Shown here piece by piece: positions 27,222-32,000 of a stretch of DNA of 32,000 nucleotides. The translations under genes were made by a program, and so were the position numbers. The notes below the pieces were generated by a model. That model had not been told where the DNA came from. It ran no database searches and saw nothing but the letters and a program-made list of their open reading frames with translations. The DNA is taken from assembly GCA_964354495.1 (NCBI GenBank), contig CAYHAA010000004.1:30001-62000 (forward strand). Direction: 5' to 3'. Position 1 is the first letter of the stretch. Every line of letters starts with the position of its first letter. Source of the stretch: an uncultured archaeon. GTDB taxonomy: Archaea > Asgardarchaeota > Thorarchaeia > Thorarchaeales > Thorarchaeaceae.

Positions 27222-28190
27222 CTACTTTCGTCTTTTCTTTTTTAGAAGTAGTATTCGTCTACTGCTGTCTATATCGTATGGCGAACTATCAAACTCGCCC
27301 GATTCTGAAATGACCTCGAACCCAGACTTTCGTACAAGCAAATCAGCCTCCACATCGGAGATAAGGGCTGCTCCAGACGTGGCTTTGACAGTCTCGACTA
27401 TTGAACCATCGGCACTCCTGACGATGTACTGGAGATCCACCCGCAGTATTCTGTGATCGCTATCTGAAGAGATCTTGCCATGTCGCTCGACCGTTCTACT
27501 GTTCGCGATGCTTACAGGCAGATCTTCGAATCTCGCATGCGCATACTGCACTTCCCTGTTGTACAAATCAAGGATAAACAGCCCGTTCTCGCTCATATGT
27601 TGTCGAACACAACGGAGACATGCAAGTTGCGCCTCTGTCGTCATAGCGTGACCAAACGAGTTGGGGATGATGATGAGTGAGAATCTCTGCTTCATCTTGA
27701 ATTGCTCCATGTTTGCCTGGACGAGTGTAATACGTCTAGAAACGGGGAGTGGTGCTTGCTGCAATTTGCGCCTAAAAGCAGCAAGCATAGAGGGTGAGCA
27801 ATCCAATGCAACTACTTCAAACCCCTCACGAGCTAAGGCAAGACTGACCGTTCATTGTTAGTTGGACAAACTTGGACATCAGAGTGCTGTCCGCCCAGGA
27901 AACGGCACTGGGCTCGACTCCGTGAGGACAGAGTTCATGTCAGGTCATCCTCACAGGATTGGTCTGTACTGGACTATATAAGCACCTGTCCAACTTTGTC
28001 CAAGTCTCTTGCAGCTGTTGTCAACCCTTCCGGTGCCTGCTGCAACATCAAGGATGGGCGAGCCCATCTTTTCCGCGTGCCATATGTAGAAGGGAATGTC
28101 AGAATCGTCTGTGAATAGGTCGTAGAACTCTCCGACACCATCATAGCCAGGACTCAGACCCGAGAAGAGGTCCTCTTTTTCTTCAGGCAC
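27222..28190 (-). pseudogene. Class I SAM-dependent methyltransferase interrupted by a 174-bp insertion
   Basis: Joining 28190-28027 to 27849-27222 gives a 263-aa ORF with intact ILDVAAGTGRVSLALAREGFEVVALDCS; the insert adds five in-frame stops. Confidence 0.9.
27850..28023. mobile_element. Non-autonomous 174-bp insertion element (MITE-like), flanked by ACC on both sides
   Basis: Empty site reconstructs exactly; ACC at 27847-27849 and 28024-28026; subterminal inverted repeats TTGGACAAA(C/G)TTGGACA at 27862-27878 and 27987-28003 (16/17 identical). Confidence 0.85.
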
Positions 28191-28557
28191 TGGGAAACGC
28201 TCCTAGATACACTCAGCGTCAAGCATGCTGGTGAATCGCTCGCGAATCAGAGAAGCTCAAATCGGGTTAAGAAGTCTTGGAGTGAAATGAATGAAATGAG
28301 AAAGAATTGAAGGGATGCGGACATCCAATCCAATCCGTTTCCGACATTTCGCTTCAATCGCAACGTCAGAGATTCCACATCCCTACTGCTTTTCCGCACA
28401 ACTTGAATATTACCATCATTGTGTATGTGAGCACACATAATTCCCCATACATCTGCCAAAATCAGGAAACGGCATTATGCCAATTCGAAGGCTTTATCAC
28501 TCAGATTCGAGGAGGCCGGCACTCAGCGCTTGGTCATCATTAGGTTGTGAGCAGACG

Positions 28558-29532
28558 ATGGCGATTGACAAGAAGACACTCAAGGAGCTGTACACGAGGA
28601 CTTTGAAAATCAGACTCTTTGAGGAAAAAGTTTGGAACCTCTTTGGAGAGAATATTGTGCCTGGCACACTTCATCTGTATCTTGGAGAAGAGGGTGTTGC
28701 GGCTGGAGTGACTACTGCATTGAAAGATACAGACTGGATTCAGAGCTCGCACAGAGGACATGGACATGTCGTCGGAAAAGGCGCGGACATGAACTTGGCC
28801 CTCGCAGAGCTACTCGGAAAGAAGACAGGCTCGTGCAAGGGCAAGGGAGGTTCCATGCACATTACACAGTTCAACGTTGGCGTACTTGGCGCGACAGGTG
28901 TGGTTGCATCAGGTCTGCCAATTGCAGTGGGTGCAGCTCTCTCCTGTCAGATCAGAAAGACAGACGATGTCGTTGTATGTTTCTTTGGTGACGGTGCCTC
29001 AAACAACGGTACATTCGGCGAGTCGCTGAATATGTCAGCAATCTGGAAGCTTCCCCTTGTCTGGATTGTGGAGAATAATTTCTATGCAATGGGCACACCA
29101 ATCAAGATGACATGCCCGAGTGCAACCATAGCTCAGAGAGCAGAGGGGTACTGCATTCCAAGTGGCGTAGTAGATGGAAACAATGCGCTAGAGGTCTATG
29201 AAGCCACCCAAGTAGCTGTGAAGAGAGCACGGGAGGGTGGTGGACCCACCCTGATTGAGTGTCAGACATATAGAATGAAAGGACACTCAAGGTTCGATCC
29301 AGCTAAGTACCGACCTCAGGAGGAGGTGGATCGCTGGCTCAGCCCTGAGAGAGATGCTGTTCAAATCATCAAGAAGCTTGCCATCGAACAGGGTGCTATC
29401 ACTGAGAAGGAAGCCGAAAGGATTCGTGCTTCTCTTCAGAAGGAAGTTGACAAGGCGGCAGAATTCGCCAAGAACTCGGAATATCCGAGTCCTGAAGAGG
29501 CCCTAGATGATGTCTATGCGGAGGTGCACTGA
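28558..29532 (+). CDS. pdhA: TPP-dependent 2-oxoacid/acetoin dehydrogenase E1 alpha
   Basis: PGTLHLYLGEEG, SHRGHGH, GKGGSMH, TPP motif GDGASNNGTFGESLN...ENN, TYRMKGHS; AcoA-like, substrate not certain; start ATG 28558. Confidence 0.92.
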   Translation: MAIDKKTLKELYTRTLKIRLFEEKVWNLFGENIVPGTLHLYLGEEGVAAGVTTALKDTDWIQSSHRGHGHVVGKGADMNLALAELLGKKTGSCKGKGGSMHITQFNVGVLGATGVVASGLPIAVGAALSCQIRKTDDVVVCFFGDGASNNGTFGESLNMSAIWKLPLVWIVENNFYAMGTPIKMTCPSATIAQRAEGYCIPSGVVDGNNALEVYEATQVAVKRAREGGGPTLIECQTYRMKGHSRFDPAKYRPQEEVDRWLSPERDAVQIIKKLAIEQGAITEKEAERIRASLQKEVDKAAEFAKNSEYPSPEEALDDVYAEVH

Positions 29533-30507
29533 ATGACAGAGATGACCTATAGGGATGCTCTCAGGGCGGGAATCAGAGAGGAGATGCTTCGCGACGAACG
29601 TGTATTCCTCCTTGGGGAAGATATCGCTCTAAACTGGGGCGGAGCCTTCAAGGTGACGAACGGACTTGCAGAGGAGTTCGGTGAGGTGAGAGTACGAGAC
29701 ACCCCAATCTCAGAGAACACAATCGTAGGTGCAGCTGTTGGTGCTGCCATCACCGGGATGATTCCCATTGCAGAAATCATGTTTGGGGACCTGATTGCCC
29801 TCGCCATGGATCAAGTATGTAACCAAGCTGCAAAGATGCGCTATATGTTTGGGGGGCAGACTTCAGTCCCACTGGTTCTAAGGACACCCTTTGGCGGAGG
29901 CAAAAACATTGCTTCCCATCACTCTCAGAGCCTAGAGGCATGGTTCATGCACACACCAGGACTCAAGGTAGCAGTGCCAGCCTTTGCCTCAGATGTGAAG
30001 GGGCTCATCAAGACCGCGATACGAGACCCCAATCCTGTGCTCTTTGCTGAACACAAACTGGTGTATGACAAGAAAGAAGAAGTGCCTGATGAGGAATACC
30101 TCATTCCATTCGGGCAGGCGAAAATCAGAAGAGAGGGGACAGACGTCACGCTCTGGGGTACCTTCTTCATGCTTCACAAGGCACTGGAAGTCGCTGACGA
30201 ATTGGCGAAGGAAGGAATAAGCGTTGAAGTGATTGACCCCCGCACACTGGTTCCCCTTGATACCAAGACACTCATCGAGTCTGTAAAGAAGACTGGCAGA
30301 TTAGTGCTTGTCACAGAAGAAACAAAGACGGGAGCGACCACAGCCGAAGTTGCAGCCATCGTTCAGGAGGAGGCTTTTGACTGGCTCGATGCACCCGTAA
30401 AAAGAGTCAATGCACCAGATACACCAGTTCCATTCAGTCCGCCTCTTGAAAACTACTTCATTCCTGACAACAAGAGAATTGCAGAGGCCATTAGGAACAT
30501 CATGTAG
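29533..30507 (+). CDS. pdhB: 2-oxoacid/acetoin dehydrogenase E1 beta
   Basis: LLGEDI, RVRDTPISE, EIMFGD, HHSQSLEAWF, EHKLVY, EVIDPRTLVPLD. Confidence 0.93.
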   Translation: MTEMTYRDALRAGIREEMLRDERVFLLGEDIALNWGGAFKVTNGLAEEFGEVRVRDTPISENTIVGAAVGAAITGMIPIAEIMFGDLIALAMDQVCNQAAKMRYMFGGQTSVPLVLRTPFGGGKNIASHHSQSLEAWFMHTPGLKVAVPAFASDVKGLIKTAIRDPNPVLFAEHKLVYDKKEEVPDEEYLIPFGQAKIRREGTDVTLWGTFFMLHKALEVADELAKEGISVEVIDPRTLVPLDTKTLIESVKKTGRLVLVTEETKTGATTAEVAAIVQEEAFDWLDAPVKRVNAPDTPVPFSPPLENYFIPDNKRIAEAIRNIM

Positions 30508-30516
30508 GTGAAGACG

Positions 30517-31758
30517 ATGACCACAACTATGATCATGCAGCGAATGAGTGTTGCTATGGAATATGGCGTGATACTCAAGTGGCTAAAGAAGGAAGGTGAC
30601 GAGGTCAGGAAAGGCGACCCAGTTGTTGAGATTTTCGGAGAGAAGAACGAGTTTGAACTAGAAGCACCGGACGATGGAGTCCTCCTCAAGATACTCTGCG
30701 ATGTGAATGACGAAATCCCAATCAGCGAGCCAATAGCATTCATCGGTAGACAGGGAGAAGCAATCCCCGATGTCAGACCAAAGAAGCTGAATGCTTCAGT
30801 AACGGCTGTTGCCGCTCCGGCAAAGATGCAGGTGACAAGCAGCGTAGCCGCACAAATAGCTACAACCACTCAGACTAAGTCGCAGCATGCTCTCTCCCGT
30901 CTTCCGGGCGGGAGAATCAGGGCGTCACCGAGAGCCAAGAAGAGGGCTGAGGAACTTGGTATTGACCTATCAGTTGTGACGGGCACAGGTCCTGACGGAA
31001 GAATCGTGGAGAAGGACCTGACTACAAGAAAGGGTGCGACCCCTCAGGTCACAGTGTCAGATGAACGGAAGATTCGCATGGTTGAAACACTCACTCCTCT
31101 TCGAAGGACCATCGCTAGAAGAATGACACAGAGTTCTCAGAACCCGCATATCACAATGATCACTGAGATTGATATGACTGAAGCTGTAGCTCTTAGGGAA
31201 GACCTCAATAGGAGAATCGAGAAGAGCCATGGAATTAAGGTCTCTTTCAACGATATCATCGTCAAGGCTGTCGCGGACACCCTGGAGAAATTCCCTAGAT
31301 TCAATGCCACTCTCTCTGGCAATGACGTCATCATATTCGATGATATCAATATTGGCGTGGCTATGGCAACCGACCAGGGCCTCATCGTGGTCACGGTCAG
31401 ACAGGCGAATAAGAAGTCAATCACTGAGATAGCCCTTGAAACAAAGGAAAAGGGGAAGAAGGCGAAGAGCAACGAACTCACTCCAGAGGAACTTTCTGGC
31501 AGCACCTTCACAGTGTCAAACCTAGGACCATTTCAGGTGGACTTGTTTATTCCAGTCATTAATCCACCAGAGACCGCCATTCTTGCTCTCGGACAGATCA
31601 AGAAACAGCCAGTTGTGGTTGACGACACGATAGCAATCAGGTTCATGATGATGGCTAGCTGCGCTGTTGATCACAGGGTACTAGACGGAGCACCAGCAGG
31701 TCAGTTCTTGTCAGCTCTGAAGGAAACGCTTGAGAATCCCTTCATGATGAAAATGTGA
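30517..31758 (+). CDS. pdhC: Dihydrolipoamide acyltransferase E2
   Basis: One lipoyl domain (KWLKKEGDEV...GEKNE), E3-binding ASPRAKKRA...GTGPDGRI, STFTVSNLG, catalytic DHRVLDG; start GTG 30508 or ATG 30517. Confidence 0.93.
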   Translation: MTTTMIMQRMSVAMEYGVILKWLKKEGDEVRKGDPVVEIFGEKNEFELEAPDDGVLLKILCDVNDEIPISEPIAFIGRQGEAIPDVRPKKLNASVTAVAAPAKMQVTSSVAAQIATTTQTKSQHALSRLPGGRIRASPRAKKRAEELGIDLSVVTGTGPDGRIVEKDLTTRKGATPQVTVSDERKIRMVETLTPLRRTIARRMTQSSQNPHITMITEIDMTEAVALREDLNRRIEKSHGIKVSFNDIIVKAVADTLEKFPRFNATLSGNDVIIFDDINIGVAMATDQGLIVVTVRQANKKSITEIALETKEKGKKAKSNELTPEELSGSTFTVSNLGPFQVDLFIPVINPPETAILALGQIKKQPVVVDDTIAIRFMMMASCAVDHRVLDGAPAGQFLSALKETLENPFMMKM

Positions 31759-32000
31759 TGAGGGAATATCACTCTAAGATTCAATGACAAGGCAATCTCA
31801 TTGAACTCAGTGGACCTTAAATCATGAAATCGACACATCATCCTGCACGAATCACTCGTGTCAACCCTCGAAATACGACATCTGCTCAGCCTCACCTGTT
31901 GCTCTGAGGCGCTCGGCCGATGGCGAGCAACTCTCTTTAGCTATCGGCTCAATCTCCTGCTTGTTCAGCCATCATTTCTCAACAGATTAATGAGAGATAA

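Noticed and set aside
27847-28026. Insertion as a bulge-helix-bulge mRNA intron or a recoded in-frame insert
   Set aside because: None of the four possible junction registers gives a 4-bp central helix; the insert has five in-frame stops including TAA, excluding Sec/Pyl readthrough; probably too short for a complete group I intron.
28300-28365. CRISPR-like ends ATTGAAG / CTTCAAT
   Set aside because: Single inverted pair, no repeat-spacer periodicity, no cas genes.
28463-28474. 12-bp match CAGGAAACGGCA shared with the insertion element
   Set aside because: Exact 12-mers are expected by chance in 32 kb and the match does not extend.
31759-32000. Possible gene at the right edge
   Set aside because: Minus-strand frames entering from the edge close within about 50 bp and nothing recognisable was seen on either strand.

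Overview
Archaeal chromosomal window, most likely an Asgard archaeon (Thorarchaeia-like). This is inferred from a Rab-like small GTPase, longin- and roadblock-like domains, a 24-aa LRR protein and GGTGA/GGAGG ribosome-binding sites. It is dominated by acyl-CoA and organic-acid metabolism: a split B12 methylmalonyl-CoA mutase (large subunit truncated at the left edge, MeaB, B12-binding subunit), a second mutase large subunit with isobutyryl-CoA-mutase signature residues behind CobO, a GctAB-type CoA-transferase, a FAD oxidoreductase plus CCG Fe-S pair, and an E1a/E1b/E2 2-oxoacid dehydrogenase operon. It also holds regulators, membrane proteins and a long bactofilin-like protein. The most notable items are absent from the ORF track. 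(1) A 174-bp non-coding element sits in SAM-binding motif I of a methyltransferase, flanked by a repeated 3-bp core; it carries paired 10-bp-periodic subterminal repeats, an internal TATA box, a hairpin and a possible pseudoknot (candidate IS607-like MITE that may encode a guide-type RNA). (2) A 52-codon longin N-terminus is joined out of frame to the Rab-like GTPase. (3) A longin-roadblock fusion protein. (4) A 53-bp direct repeat of a promoter brackets an LRR gene. (5) Clear palindromic operators next to two regulators. No rRNA, tRNA or CRISPR array was seen. All family assignments are by eye from motifs; no searches were run.
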